A DNA stretch of 64,000 bases from Yuukianura sp. NJ FZ-2021 (GCA_046563655.1 CM102290.1:7998001-8062000), one strand, 5' to 3'. Positions 41,773 through 55,709 are shown, numbered from the stretch's first letter. Numbers and translations: made by a program. Notes: generated by a model not told the origin, from the letters alone.

Positions 41773-43323
41773 ATGGAGGTAAGACTATTCTACGTCGTTG
41801 CAAATCCTGCGATTATTTAGTATTACTTTTGTCATTAATCGTTTCTCTTCTTCTAGACTGCCGGGAAGAAGGCCATTAACATTGTCCACACGAACATCAC
41901 CGCTGACCCTGTCAGCCGCCATGAGATTTTGAGCTGGATTAACAATACGCTGACAACCGATATTCGAAAAGTTGAAGACCTCTGCAGCGGAGCAGCCTAT
42001 TGTCGCCTAATGGATCATCTCTTCGGAAGTAAGACAGCGATGACATTAACTTTCAGTTACATTCATGATTAATGTTAAGACAAGTAAGCACTTAACTGAC
42101 TTTCTGATTTTCGATGTGAGGTGGGACTGTTCAGCTGAAACGGGTTAAGTATGATGCAAAGTTAGAGAACGAGTACATCATGAACTTCAAAATCCTGCAA
42201 ATGGCGTTCAACAGCTGTGGTGTCGATCGTGTGAGTACATCGCTCGTATTTAGCTCTCAAAATGGCAACGCTAATTGATTTTGATTTGGTGAACAGGCTA
42301 TCCCGATCGAGAAGCTGGTCAAGGGTCGATACAATGACAATTACGACTTTGCTCAATGGTTTAAGATGTTCTACGACGCCAACTACGTGTATCGTCGTCC
42401 AGAACCAGTGGCTCCACCACCTCCACCGCCTGACAGATCGACTCTCTCAAGTGCTGGGCGTGGCCGATCACAAATTCCGAGAGCTTCCTCAGGCGACCGA
42501 AGCCACAACGAGCAAGCCAAGAAATTGTCTACTCTTCCAACTCAACTTGTGACACGCCGGCCGGAAACTGCTGGAGCATTGATCGGTGACATTTCAAACA
42601 AAGGTTTGCTCCCAGGGTTTACCTCAGCTCCGAAGCATATGGTGCCGCAAATGGTTGGTGTCCATGAAAAACTGAACGAGCTAAACTGTCAGGTAACAAA
42701 GACAACACAATTAATAGGAAAATTTAGAAGTGATCAGTACGGTTCAATTAATTGATTGCTTGTTGAATTAGGTGAAGCTCGTTGGGGACGTACTGAGTCA
42801 GGTTGTAATCGAACGAACGGCGCTTGAAAAGAAGCTGGATCAAATCCTTTCGATGTGCGTTGAGGAAGACAGCAAGCCTGATCAGGCTCCAGAGATGGCT
42901 TCACTGCTCCATCGCATCTTTCGAGTCATTAAACGTGTAAGTAAAATAATACGAACTATCAATCAAATTATAGAATTATACCATATTATATATCAAATTA
43001 TATTGTAGGATCACCAAGTACCTTTCTTCGGTCCCGGTTTGAAACACGCAGCAACTGGCACAACTCAGATCGAAGAAGTTGTTCCGTACCCGGAACTGCA
43101 GCCAACGCCGCGTCCGATTCTACCGGAAGACACCGAAGTCACGGATTCTGAGAGCGAGGAAGATGATGCCGGTGTAGCTGGAGCATTTGGTGCTCGACTG
43201 TGTATGGCAAATCGGTTTGTTGGGAAGACTGTCCAAGTACTACCAACAATCAAAGAAGAATCGGTTCCATGCGGAGATGTTACCTACGAGACTCCGAGTG
43301 ACGCGGATTCTGGTGAATTCTAA
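41773..43323 (+). CDS. EB1/RP (MAPRE) family microtubule plus-end protein, divergent C-terminal half
   Basis: Six exons. CH domain [73 protein letters not shown]; Pro/Ser/Arg linker; coiled coil and degenerate EBH; acidic tail ending SGEF*. Confidence 0.88.
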
Positions 43324-43662
43324 CAGTCAATACTACGCAACAAGCACGTCTAAACAAAACACACAAATCTCAATTGAAATAATTTATGCATTTCAATGCT
43401 AATCATGAGCTAAAATGCTAGCTATAATTTCTCGATTGTCAAAAAACGTATTGTAATCAACAATATTTGATTGATTACTGAATTTATATAAAAAAAGAAA
43501 AAATTTCATAATCTTGTACTTGACTGATTAATTGTTAACAAAATTTTGTAAGTACATTAATGACTTCACCGTGCTAATTTGATATTAACATTAACGTAGT
43601 CCATTTCAATATACCTTTTTTTTTACTAAATGTTGAAAAGTGTACCTTAAATTAACTAGAAG

Positions 43663-46601
43663 TTAGGCCGCAGTGGCACTTTTTGAGTTCTTAGTTTTTT
43701 GTGTCGCCACGTCAAAGCCCACTATGTTACTCAAGCGCGCTACTTGGACAGCATCCAGCTTTACGTTTTCGAATACGGTTGAAGCCAAATCCACAACCTC
43801 CGGAAACCCAGCGTCGCTGATGTACTGAATGCAAGCCTTGAAATAGACAAAAACAACATCAGTTAACTGTTCACTCAACATGTAACGCATGCTGTTTCAA
43901 AATTTAATATGCTTGTATCACTCTGTCAAAAAAACGTGCTTGAGGCCTTTGGATTAAAAATGCCTCCATGGAACGGTTTTTCTGAACATCGTGAAACAGC
44001 GACAGTTACTTCTATCAAAGTTAAGCAAATATTCATACCAAGCACATGACTGCATTATTTTCTTCAATTGCTGCTTCCAAGAAAAGTTTCAACGCTCCAA
44101 TTTGAGGAACACCGACAACTTCGAAGGATGACTGTAACAGTTTCTTTAGAATTTCGAATGAGTTCTCAATCCTTTTAGCCCTTGTCGAAATGACCATCAC
44201 ATCGCCAAGCATCTGACCAGTCCAGTTGATTTTCTTCAGCTTTTCCGCCTCCTGCTCTTCAACGTTCTCCCAGATTTTCCAAGCAATATCAGCAAACGTG
44301 TCCATCAGAGGGATTGGATCCACCGTAGTAGCATAATTAGACATAATGGAAAGAAGAAGTGTAACGAGAGCTTCTCGATGTGTATGCTCAAAGATGATCA
44401 TGTCAGACCAAATACGAGGAATGTGCTCAAATCCCTCATTGATTTGAACAGATTTTAAAATTTCCTAGAAATGAACGAGTTTGTTAGCATTCAGTTACTC
44501 AACGTCGGAAAAGTAGCCTCTTACCTCAATGATCTGCGGCTCTGGAGTGTAGATATTCGGAACAAACTTATCATAAAATTCCATAAAGGTGTCCAGCGGT
44601 TCGGAAATGCATTTCAGCCCCATAAAGTGTCGACTGAAAAATAAGCAAAGTTTTAAAAACAAACTATTCTGTATGAAAAACAGTTATCATGTAACTCACT
44701 AGTACACAGATTCCTTATAGGAATCTCCGATTAGATCGTAGTTATCGCCGATATGAAGGAGTTGGTTCAATCGGTTAGCCAAGTCTAAATCTTGTAAGTG
44801 GTAACGACAAATTTCCATGGCTGAGACGAAGAAAGAAGTGTCTTTGAAATCCTGAATTGTAAAACTCTTTCCTTCGATTTCGTTTAGGATGTCCACTAAA
44901 ATTGAACTAACTGGGCCTCCTACAAGGAAGACGAATAGTTTTATGAGAATGGTGTAGTGTAATAAATACTGTAGCATTTGTAAGTGTTGTAATATGCATG
45001 TATTGATTTAACGTACGTTCTTTGCAATGAGCAATCAGGACGTAATAGTACGATGCAAGACAAGGTTGAATTCCAAGTTCTTTGAACTCCGACAGAAATG
45101 CCAAGCTCAAGGTTTTTGCTTGTCGAGATCCCATCGTACTTAAAGTTTCCAAAATCGAATTCAGCGTACCCAAGTTCGGTGTTAGCCCACAAGCATTTAT
45201 TTCTTCGAGCAACTCCTACAGAAAAAGAAGATGGCAGACTTCAACACATATTACATTGACAAAATAATCAAGTTTAAGTTCAAATGAACGTAAATTAAAT
45301 GATTTCAATTTACTTGCAGTAACTGCCATCTAAGGTCACCATTGTCCCGACTCATGTTAACAATCCTAATCAGCGAGTTGTACGTTTCAATATCCGGTGT
45401 AAACGATTTCGCCTGCGCTTCTCTTAGAAGATGCCATGCTTTGTCAACCTACACAAGGACAAATACATAAGTTAATCAACAAATCCCTGCACGGTACTAT
45501 GTAAATGACTAAGTCGATTACAATTTCTGTCTTTACCTGGTAATATTTTGCTCTGCCTCTAATCAATGCACAATATGCAGCAGCATCAGCAGGATCCAGC
45601 TCCTTAAAAATTTTCTCCGCAAGACCATTTTCTCTACAAAATACAATTCAAACTAATAACTAGGATTCTAACACCTCAGGGAAATTGGCCTTCTTACTTC
45701 CATGTATTTCTAACTCGTTCCTTTCCAGTCATTCCAGCTTTGTACCAGCGCTCCTCTATCCACTCTTCGTCAAGCGGTTCAGTCTCATTGTAGTAAGCTA
45801 GGAGTTCAAGCAGGCTTTGTTTTGTCTCTCGACTTATTTCTATAAAATGTAGAGGAAGTAAGATAAAGGCATTTACACTTCGATTTTTTAGTAATGAACA
45901 ATTCGCTAGGTTCACCTGTCCCTTTGAGTTGAAGCTTATCGTAAACGTTTATTGCATCCGTGACATGAGAATCCGTGATAAGAGATTTCAAAATTTTTTC
46001 GTCAACAACCGAATCTTCAGAAAATACTGGTGTTGGATAGTACGCCTGTAAATCAATTTTTAAAAATTAGATACACATAAGTAGACTAACCTAAAAACAC
46101 TACAAAAATGAGTCGAATTTGTTATGACCTCGACTGGTGGTTCAGCTACACGATGCTGAAATAAATCCGCATGTTGTTGCCGAATCCATCTCGCTGCTTT
46201 CCTTCCCGACTCCTTCGAAAGTGCATAACTTCGTTTCGACAAATTTGAAATAGGAATAAGGTATGGGTCATCGTGATATCTGTAATGCGTGGCAGTATAG
46301 TCACGCCCAATCGTACTTGCTAAAGCCTATAAAATTCAAACATATTTCTAGTAGACACCTTTTGCTTGGATTCATTCCGCGGAATCAAGCAAAACTGAAC
46401 CAATACTATTAAATTAAAAATTACCTTTAATATATCAGTGGGTCCACGGTCAATCTTAGGAGGAATAACGATTTCCTTTTTGCTCTGGCTTTGCATAGAT
46501 GATGGCGGAGATTTGCTCAAGAGTATAAACGAGGAATGCAGCTTCCTGCCTGGAGTTGTTGTATTTAACAGTGACTTGAATCGATTCCATTTAAACCGCA
46601 T
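43663..46601 (-). CDS. PTCD3: Pentatricopeptide repeat domain protein 3, mitochondrial (mS39)
   Basis: IVIPPKIDRGPTDILKALASTIGRDYTATHYRYHDDPYLIP; YALSKESGRKAARWI; QSLLELLAYYN; PPR-like TPNLGTLNSIL and GIQPCLASYYYVL; FFVSAMEIC; LLHIGDNYDLIGDSYKESVYY; FVPNIYTPEP. Confidence 0.93.
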
Positions 46602-48048
46602 TTTGACGCTGGTGAACTGGTTCCTCAGTAGCTTGAATTCTCTAGAATCAATAGATAATATTAATAGTTAAAGTTGCTTAATCAATTAATTAACAAACTA
46701 CTAACAAATTAACTTACTCCTAAACTTAATACTCGTCAGCAGCACATTGTTTACATTGGTATGTACTATCTGGAATTCAGAAAAACCTTACTTTACATGT
46801 GCTTTCGCGGGTAAATCGTTGCTCCTACATTTCCGTCTTCATTAGCTTCCAAGAAGTTAATCTCATTACATCGGACGAACTGATAAAATATCAAAATTTA
46901 ATTCCATTATTTATAGTGGTATTAAACATAGATAAATTAAAATATAGTAATTAGTACTTACTACAAAATTCAGTATGTTGGTTGCCCACCAATGTAATGG
47001 TAAGAGACGGAGGTATGGCGTGACTGCTACAGTCACCAGACAGCGCGCTCAAAATAGACACATATGTGATTAAGTTGGAACTCCGCCGCACCCTTGAACG
47101 TATTTCGAATCGTTATTACTTTTGAGTAGCAAGTAAGAATCGATAGTCAGTAGTACGAATTGTAATACTTAAAAGGAGTGCAGAATTAGGCCATCCTTTA
47201 ACCGATTTGTTCCGTTGTCATATGTGAGAAGTTGGCCCCAAAATATCCAGTCCCAAAAATATGCGGTCGCAGGCTAGTTCGTATAAAAAAAACTAAACTT
47301 CGCGGCTGCAAGTGCAATCGGAGGTAATACGATGCGAGACTCGTGATTTTGAGATGAATTTTGGGCCTATTTTTCTACTTGCTCTGTTGCCGGTGACTTC
47401 TACTTAAATTCGGATATTCAGTGATTTTTTTTTAATAGGCGACACTAAAATCATCGTCAGTTTGAAAGAAAACTGTCTATGAAAAATTATACAGAATTTT
47501 TACCTGATTCGTCGAGAGACTTTGTACATAGACCTAGCGACATATTTAAGTAGACTTGCTTTCTCCCGTGCAAACAACGGCGGAATTTACGGCGCACCGG
47601 CTTTACGCACAAGTGGTATCCTCAATTTAGTTTTTCTTTTGAGGAAATGGAGTTGGTTTTTGAGAAAGTTTAACTTACAGCTTTAGTACATATGATTTAT
47701 TTTGGAGGGACGATCACATGGATGGTAAGAATTTTAGTAAACATTGTTAGTTGTTAATCATTTACCTAGTAGACATTGTTAAGATAAGGAGTGGAATTGA
47801 CAATGATGATTGATAGCAGTGACAGGTCGGAATCGGACACGCCAGAATTCAACGTATAACTCAAGTACAATATCATTATCAAATCACGGAATCAACATTC
47901 AACAGTTCCAGCGTCACCAACAGGAAAAGTACGAAAACCAATGTAAATTAGATTCCATTTCCTCATGCGAAAACCTTCATTATGTCTTTGTCATTTTTTT
48001 TTAGAATCCAGAGAGGTCAACCTTTGAAGATACTCGGCTGCTGAAAAC

Positions 48049-51000
48049 ATGAAGGTCAAAGTGACAAGTAGCGGTATTACGCAGAAGGGCACAAGTACTC
48101 ATTTAGTAGGGACGCGATTTTCCACTCTTACGGCGATACCTAGCCCCGCACCGACTATTACAGTGCCGCGCGTTCCAAATAAACCAGCTCCAAGACCGTA
48201 CGGGATGAATGTCGTAGTAGCAGTGTCGGATCAAATCAAGCGAAGAGACAGCGCAGGGGAAACTACAGATTTCACTAAAGGCAGACCCAGCGTTTCCTTA
48301 ATACGGGATGCACAACCCAGGGGACAAAATACTTCCAGCCTTCCTACCAAGTCGGTTACATCCAGTACGCTTCATTATACCAGTAACAATACTACGTCTT
48401 CTTCTTCAAGCAAAAGTACTCCTACATCCAAGCCAAAAGTACAAAAAGCTACAAATGCTAGCAAACCGACAACACAAGCAGTTCGGATTGCTGTTCAGTC
48501 GAAAAATAAGGCTTCGGCTACTACTAAACGAGAGACTCCGGTTATCGTTCAAGATAATCGAAGGCAACAAGTCGCCACGAAAAAGGATGCAAATTGTACT
48601 ACTACTACTAAAGAAGTGAAGCAAGTATTTGTAAAGCATGTGTCTTCCTCTTCGACTTCTAAGCCACGTATTAATGTGGCGGTAAAGAAGCAAACTCAAC
48701 CGCGATCACCACCTACTGCAACTCCAAAAAAATCTGTTACATTCCAAGATACCACCAAGCCAGTTATCAAATCTGCTTCCAAACCTGCGACCAAACGAAA
48801 GTCAGAGACTCCATTGCCGAAAATTGTATCCAAAGTGGCAAAGCCGTGTCTTGGAAAAGAGGCGCACCTCAACGACATTTCTGAACCTACTCCAGAGCCA
48901 GAAGGTGAAATTACCGAGTCAGAGAGTAAGAGTATTGCAAGTGGTACGGCTTCTACTGTGTCATCTGAAATCGTTGCTTCTGCAAATAAAAAGAAAAGAA
49001 AATACCGAAGTTGGAAGGCCACATCATCACCAAAGCAAGGAATTTCTTTGGCTTTGATTTATGGCACCATGTCAAACGGAGTTATAGAAGATGGTTTGGG
49101 TCACAAACAGAAGAACGAGGTTTCACTTCTTTCCAATGCAGACATCGCATACATGAAAGAAATGGCACATACGCCAGTTGCTGGCGGTGAGTAAATTTTT
49201 AATACTATGTGAACATACCTCCTGCCTGTTACTCTTTCACAACTTATAAATTTATTACTATTCTAGAAATCAAAGACTTACTCCATGCGTTTGGGGATTC
49301 CAGCGAGCCTTTGTCGGCAACTGTTCAGTTGATGGAAGAAATTGTTCTGCATGAAGTGACTGGCTTTATCAGAGTTTGCGAACAGAAGGCAGCATTGCGT
49401 GGTGGGAAGACGCTTGGTGTCATGGATGCCCTGGTAGCACTAAGACGCAATATCCCTCGAATCGAACGAATGTACAAACACTTCGGTCAGCAGCATGTCA
49501 TTGAATGCCTAGTGTTTAGACTGTAATTGTTTAATAACGATTTTTTTCGTTTCTTAGGGTTTAAAGACATTTACGAAAGGAAGGTGCTTCGTATGTCACG
49601 GCCAAAGGATCGACCGAAAGGGAGGGAACCTCTTGTCACGCAGAAAATGCAAGAAATGATTAGAGAATTAAATCTAGTCGAATGCTTTCACTTGCTCAAC
49701 GTTGGTCTGGACGAAATTGAAAGTTCTTTGCAAGGGATTGAAGATTCAAAACTGGAGGAAGCTGTTCGATCTTATCCAGAAATGCTTAAGTTCTACCAAT
49801 ATGCCAAAACCAGATCATTGTCCTTCGCACGGAAATTGTCTACTGTGAACATTAGGAAGCTGGTTATCACAAATTGTCACATCTTTGCGAAGATGACGGA
49901 TACGTTCGGTACCGTCCTGGATTTTTTCATCTTGGATTTTGTAGCCGAAGTGGTGGATTCTGCATTTGGCATTCGGAAGGAGCGACTCGTACATTGCGCC
50001 GACACGCGAGTAGCTAACCCTGATACTTGCATGTCTGCGCCCTTCTTCTTGGTAAGTCATCTAACAACAAGAAGTAAGATGTATTTCTACAGATTTTTTG
50101 GATTTACGATGCTAAACGTGTTGTTGATGCCGAATGTCTTGATTTATTGAATTCGTTTAAATTGCAACAGATTTCCAATTTTCACGGGTCTAAAAGAAAT
50201 GATCAAATGAGTGATTAAGCTATATAGATCTTGCTTTTGGATAATGCGTTTTCTTAATCGAAATATTGCTAAAGAAGTTTTGCAATCGCGATGAGTTGAT
50301 TGAATAATTCATCTGCATGATGAATGATTTTTTAATGGAATTCCAATTCTGCATAAATGCGCAAAGTGGGTCGCTGAAATTTCTTTCTTTAAAGTATTTT
50401 TTAAGTGAATTTGATTAGTTTAACATACATTGGTCCTTGAAAGATTGAAGTAAGGCACCCGGCAACACATTTGTTAAGCGTCAAAAGTTTTTTGGTGCTT
50501 AAGCCGTTCTCCGTGTTTAATCATACTTGAGTTGGACTTTATTTAATGGTATTTTTCTATAGAAAAAGAGAAAAGACGATCGTTGTAACCAAGTTTCAGA
50601 GATTTTAGTCCAGGCCAGTGAAATGGAGGCAACTCGATTGAAGAAGGTTGAACATTTTCCACTTAAATTCACTCGCTAATTCAATCAATAGAAATTAGTT
50701 TTCTTTTTTCGGATTAATCTTTTCTCCTATTTTCACGCACGACAAGCTTTCCTTTCAGCTATTATCTGTAAATGACGTTATACATTCTTCAGTAGTGTAG
50801 AGATGCTGTAGTAATTCTTTGAAACTACAAAAGCTGTTATGCACTTTCACTTCTGAATTGAACTAGTAGCAGCTTTCTTTTTACATTCATGGACGAACTT
50901 ACACTTTCTCAAGATGAGCATTTTCTTTGTAGTCCTTAAGAGCAATGGAAATCCTGTTTGAACTTTATTGCGTTATCCAAGCTCTTTTTCTTATTCATGT

Positions 51001-52037
51001 TTTGTTGGAGACTAGTTTCGGAAAACGAATCAAGCATCTCTCTCAGAAATTTGGAGTTCCTAATGCTTCTCTAACGAAGGAGTCAAAATGACTTTCATGA
51101 AATGAAAATCATTTCATTAAAGTGTGATAAGTTTTGTTCTTCATTTATTGACTAATTAAAGTGTTACGTGGCTATGCTGTACAATTTACTGAAACACAAA
51201 AAACAGAAAGTGTTGACAAAGGTGCACCATTACACCGTTCGCTGCTCTAAAATTTGGGCTTTTGTAGTTACATAGCATCATTTCTCAAGTTTTTTTTAAT
51301 GTCCTTTTAACTTTTTTTTTTACATCCTTGCTATTGCTGAGCTGAAAAAGAGCTACACAACTAAGGCTGCCAAGCGCTAGCAGACATTTATGCCAAGCCG
51401 AGTTACAAATTTCCGAATGCTGCTTTTAGTACTAAAAACGTTTTTTTTTAGTTTGAGATACCAGGATATTGAAACATTACGTGCAGTAGAACATTTCGCT
51501 GCGGCAGTACGCAAAGCACAATTTAACCTACCCTGCTACTTTTAATTTTATTTTGAATTTCACTTATGTTGAAACTTTTTTTGATTCTGCATTCTGCATT
51601 TACTCATTTTCTGAAACTTCTATGTTATTTTTTTTTTTGATTTCTTGTTTAGGATCAAAAGAAATCAGGAGAACGTCGTTGGCCAGAAACTACAATTTCC
51701 AAACCAGCTCCAATCCTCTATCCAGGCTACATCCGCGAAGTTTATATGCGAATTCAATCAGATTTTAGACGACCTACGCTCTCTTATGCAAATCAAGCAA
51801 GTATGTACTTGAATTCGTCCCACCAATATTTTTAAGACGATGCTTCATGGCTGACATTTTTTGAACATTTTTTTAATTATCTCAAATGTTGGCTTTTAAC
51901 AAACCATGACCATGTGGAATGATATGACCATTTTTTAGAAATTGTTTAGTGAAAAGGCGCCACTGAACAACTTGACCAAGTACTAATTTGTTTTTACATG
52001 GGTGTAACCCTGACTTTTGTTATGCACTATAGGATGA
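48049..52037 (+). CDS. SUPT3H: SPT3-like (SAGA, TAF13/TAF11-type double histone fold) protein with ~380-aa low-complexity N-terminal extension; 3' end uncertain
   Basis: Exons 48049-49186, 49267-49485, 49558-50051, 50563-50646, 51653-51800, then a stop at 52035-52037 (or 53256-53258 via acceptor 53217). First fold EIKDLLHAFGD..P..ATVQLMEEIV..AALRG; YAKTRSLSFARK; VAEVVDSAF; C-terminal ILYPGYIREVYMR resembles SPT3 IxPxHIREA. Confidence 0.72.
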
Positions 52038-54293
52038 ATTAATCACTTACTCAAAATCGGTACAAAAGATGACTTCCGATACCTGTGAGTATCCTCTTTT
52101 TATATTAAGTTGAACAACAAATCAAAATAGTTTAAAAATTATGCATTTTATAGCGAGGATTGACGTGACAATTGTCTAAATTTTACCAAGTCAACAAATT
52201 TCTTTTAGAAAAGTCTTGGTTTTAATTTTTTAGAAGAGCTACAATTGCTCTTGAAGTTGTGTTCAGTTTTTTTTTAAATTTATACTGAATTTGTTGAGAT
52301 TTGTTGTTGCATGTTAAGGGTGGATTGAGTTTTCTTGTCTTTAGTCACTTAACGAAATAGTGGGGCTCAAAATACTCTCCGGTTTGAAATGTGCGTTTTT
52401 GACTATTGTATTTATTATATTTGAATTATAATTTTTAGTTATTTAAAAAAAGCAAAATTTAAAATCTCACCTATAAATGAATCCTTCTGGTCATTGAAAA
52501 AGCAATTTGTGCGACATTTATAATTTGTGTCGTGCGTTCATAATTTTATTTATTGTAGTAATTACTTTTGTTAACAATTTTGATAACTTATGGTTGTTCA
52601 TGTTTCGGTACATTTTTTTTAATCTGCATTAATTTAATGTCTTGGAGGAAACATTGTTTGAATTTTGTCGTTCATTGGTTAGCAAAAAGGATGTCCTTAC
52701 AATCATCATTCATTACACTTCAATGTATTAGTGTAACTTGTTTTATGTTTGCCCGGGAAACTTGTGAGTGCTTAATAGAGCATCGTCTGGTGATTTGATG
52801 TACAGTATTTTGCAAACTCGTCATATTTTTAATGAATTTACTATTGACTTACTTTAATCTTACTAGTATTTTCCGAAATTCTAGAATGCGAAGATATGAG
52901 CAAAGGTTTTCGGGGCTTGTTTTTGTCTTCTTAGAATTTAAGTATTTTAACAACCCTGTTATTTGCGTAACCGATTAAGCAGTTGAGTATTTTGTATATT
53001 AAATTCAATCTATATTCTAAATGCAAAACGTAATTTCAAACATTCTGACGTTTTCATTAAATAGTGTTATTTGTACTTTGTTGCATTTTTGTGAAAACCG
53101 CCGGTAGGGCGAGAGTAGCCAAATCAATTTTCTCATTGGTTCACTTGCCTCTTTGTTTACTTAAATTCCAAACATCGTTTATTCAAATACTATCCAATGT
53201 TTTTTTTTAATTTTCAGATGCTGCTACCGTGGGAGTTAATCAACTTTTAGCGGGTTAGTCGGACTTGTTACGCTAAAGCGAGTATTCAGCATAATGATGA
53301 GCGTTTTAGATTTCGCGCCTCGGTTGTTACTTGATCAACTTGCACTTTCGCTTGAATTCTTTCCGTAGGCGTATACCATTTAAGGTAGAGGTATGAAATT
53401 TCCAGAATGCTAGGAAGTAACAAGCGAAAAACAAGGTTTTCACCAGGGAAAGCACTTTGGCTAACTCAAAGTTAGTTGACCTAATACGTTCCAAGAATCT
53501 GGTTTGTCTCAAGTGTTTTCCCAATTTCCTTTGGTATGCATAGTCCTGCTACGTACTATATGTTCTGAACATCGTAGTGAGCCGCAGCAAGTTACTATTG
53601 GATTTTAGTTTCCAAATCATTAATTAATAGCCTTCTGTGATTCGTATTTCACGCCTAAGTGACAGGTCGGGGGAGAGGGCTGGAAGGTGTCAAAAGAAGC
53701 CATCGCTGTTACCCTCATAACACTTCAGTTACAAATTACATTGTAACTTTTAAAGAGTTTAGTTGGTGGCATATGACGTTGTTGGTGGGGATCTGGCTCA
53801 AGATTTAAGCATGAGGTTGTGCGGTTGGTTTTGATTAATTGACGGAATTTAAATTTGATTCATGTGAATTGCCGTCATTAGTTTTTCGACCAAATCGGTG
53901 ATCGTGGTGTTCAAAAAACGGAATGAACTTTTTGAAAAAGTTCCTAAAATAATAATTCAAGGAAGTTGAAAAAATGAACTTTACATTTGGCAAACGGATT
54001 GAAATCTGCATTTGTTTTTTGTCGTGCGTCCTCTCGTCTTATGTGTACTTTTTGGGGATAGCAATTAAAACGTGACTTTGTAATATGAGTGAGTGGGTAG
54101 TGATGAGTCAAAACTTTTGACTCAAAAGTTTTGTAGTTGATTTGGAGTTTGACTGGGCCGAAGATACTACAATTTGGAACTGAACCATTGACATTTTCCT
54201 TCTAGGTAGAAGTTCCAGCGAAAGAGGTCTAAGGAACGGAATATTGACGCATGGGATGGCCCATAGATTCGGCAGGGGCGAGAATGGACGGGG

Positions 54294-54517
54294 TATAAAA
54301 TGTTTCCGTATTCCAGATTCTGTCTTCATTCCAGGACGAACTCCAAACCTACACTCACACCACCAACTTTCACCATACACCTTCCGGAACCAACGCCTCG
54401 CTAACCTAACTGTCACTTTCGCACTCCAAAAATCATCAAAAGCCAAACCTACCCTCCAGTCCAGCCGAAGCTACTGTCCAAGTCACATACCGCTGACAAC
54501 CATCCCACCGAAGTTCC
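54294..54517 (+). promoter_or_regulatory. Candidate TATA box plus Inr and non-coding first exon of the Argos-like gene
   Basis: TATAAAA at 54294, TCATTC at 54326, donor cc|gtaagc at 54517/54518. A matching strong acceptor (ttttattacag, 58092) lies ~100 nt before the ATG at 58197. Confidence 0.4.
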
Positions 54518-55709
54518 GTAAGCAATGTTTTCATTTCAGAATTTGCAATTTCAAAACAACTTTCGTATTTGAACTGTCAACACAAATTGAAATGAAGACA
54601 GGAAGTAGGCAGTAAACGCCCACACAAAGTAAATCAACTTTTTGAATACTTAGGTACCTATTGTACAGTACATAAGTACCGGCAATTGCTAAACCGCTTT
54701 AGGTTTAACATTTTAATCGCACGCGCTTGGAATTTATATAAAAAAAAACATTTAAATTTCTCTTTTTTATTTTACATTTTATACGAAAGTCTTACATTTT
54801 CTTCAGGATTCTGACACTTTGATTTGTATTTTTGTCATTCATTCACAAACTCCTACGTAGCTTTCTAAAGCAATTGGAAAACTAGCTTCTCGTTTTATTT
54901 TCTCTGCCGGTTTTCTAATATGTAGACACGCATAGCAAACGATAATCTTTTGCAACAGCCTAATAAGAACCTTTGGTGACTTGGAACAGAAAAGAAGAAA
55001 GAAGTCTTTTGAAAAAGCCAGTTTGTAAGCAATAGCCAATCTCCCATTCACCCAATGTCCTTTTCAAGTATAAAATCCTTTCTCGGGTGCTTGAAGTGGC
55101 AAATACAAAAAAAAATACGCTATTTCAAATAAAAAAAGGAAAAAAAACAACGGAAATCGAATTTATATAGTCACACTTACTACTGTTCCTATTCCGGCCA
55201 AAAAACAAATTTCTGTAACGTTCGTTTCAACTTCCGCTTCATTGTGTTTCTCATCTCTTTTGATTGTTGCAGAATTTGAAAAATCGAGAATTTTCAAACT
55301 GAAAATTCCAAACTTCCTTGAATCACTTAAAGTCAAATGAAATCGAAAGTCATTTTATTTAGGCAAACATATTGGTAGAACGTTTTTGTCCTTGTTTTTA
55401 AATTTCCCAAAATTGGTAACATCCTTTTGAAATGAAAATTGAAAAGTAATGCATGAATGTGTGTTGCGTACTACACAAATATGACACATCAAAGACGTTG
55501 GTGTGTCCAAAGACGTAGAAAGTTGGTGTAAACACATAAGGAAACGAATTAATTTAATTGCTTCTGAGCAACACAGCAACACGGAAACAAGGAAAACCAA
55601 AAAAAGAACTTGAGTAGGTTGACAGTGAAGACGCAAAATACTTCGCTTACTTTTACTCTTCCTGCACATTTAAATTGAAAATGTCTTGAGCTGGCTTGTC
55701 TTTTCCAAA

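Noticed and set aside
47718..47942. Upstream ATG and exon-like pieces as N-terminal coding exons of the SPT3-like gene
   Set aside because: An in-frame stop at 48025 precedes ATG 48049, so these are at most 5'UTR exons or uORFs.
52085..52100. gtgagtatcctctttt, partly resembling a U12 donor
   Set aside because: Does not match RTATCCTTT; reads as an ordinary U2 gtgagt donor.
54108..54615. Opposing 112-aa and 123-aa ORFs
   Set aside because: Non-ATG starts and no homology recognised; better explained as promoter/5'UTR exon of the Argos-like gene.
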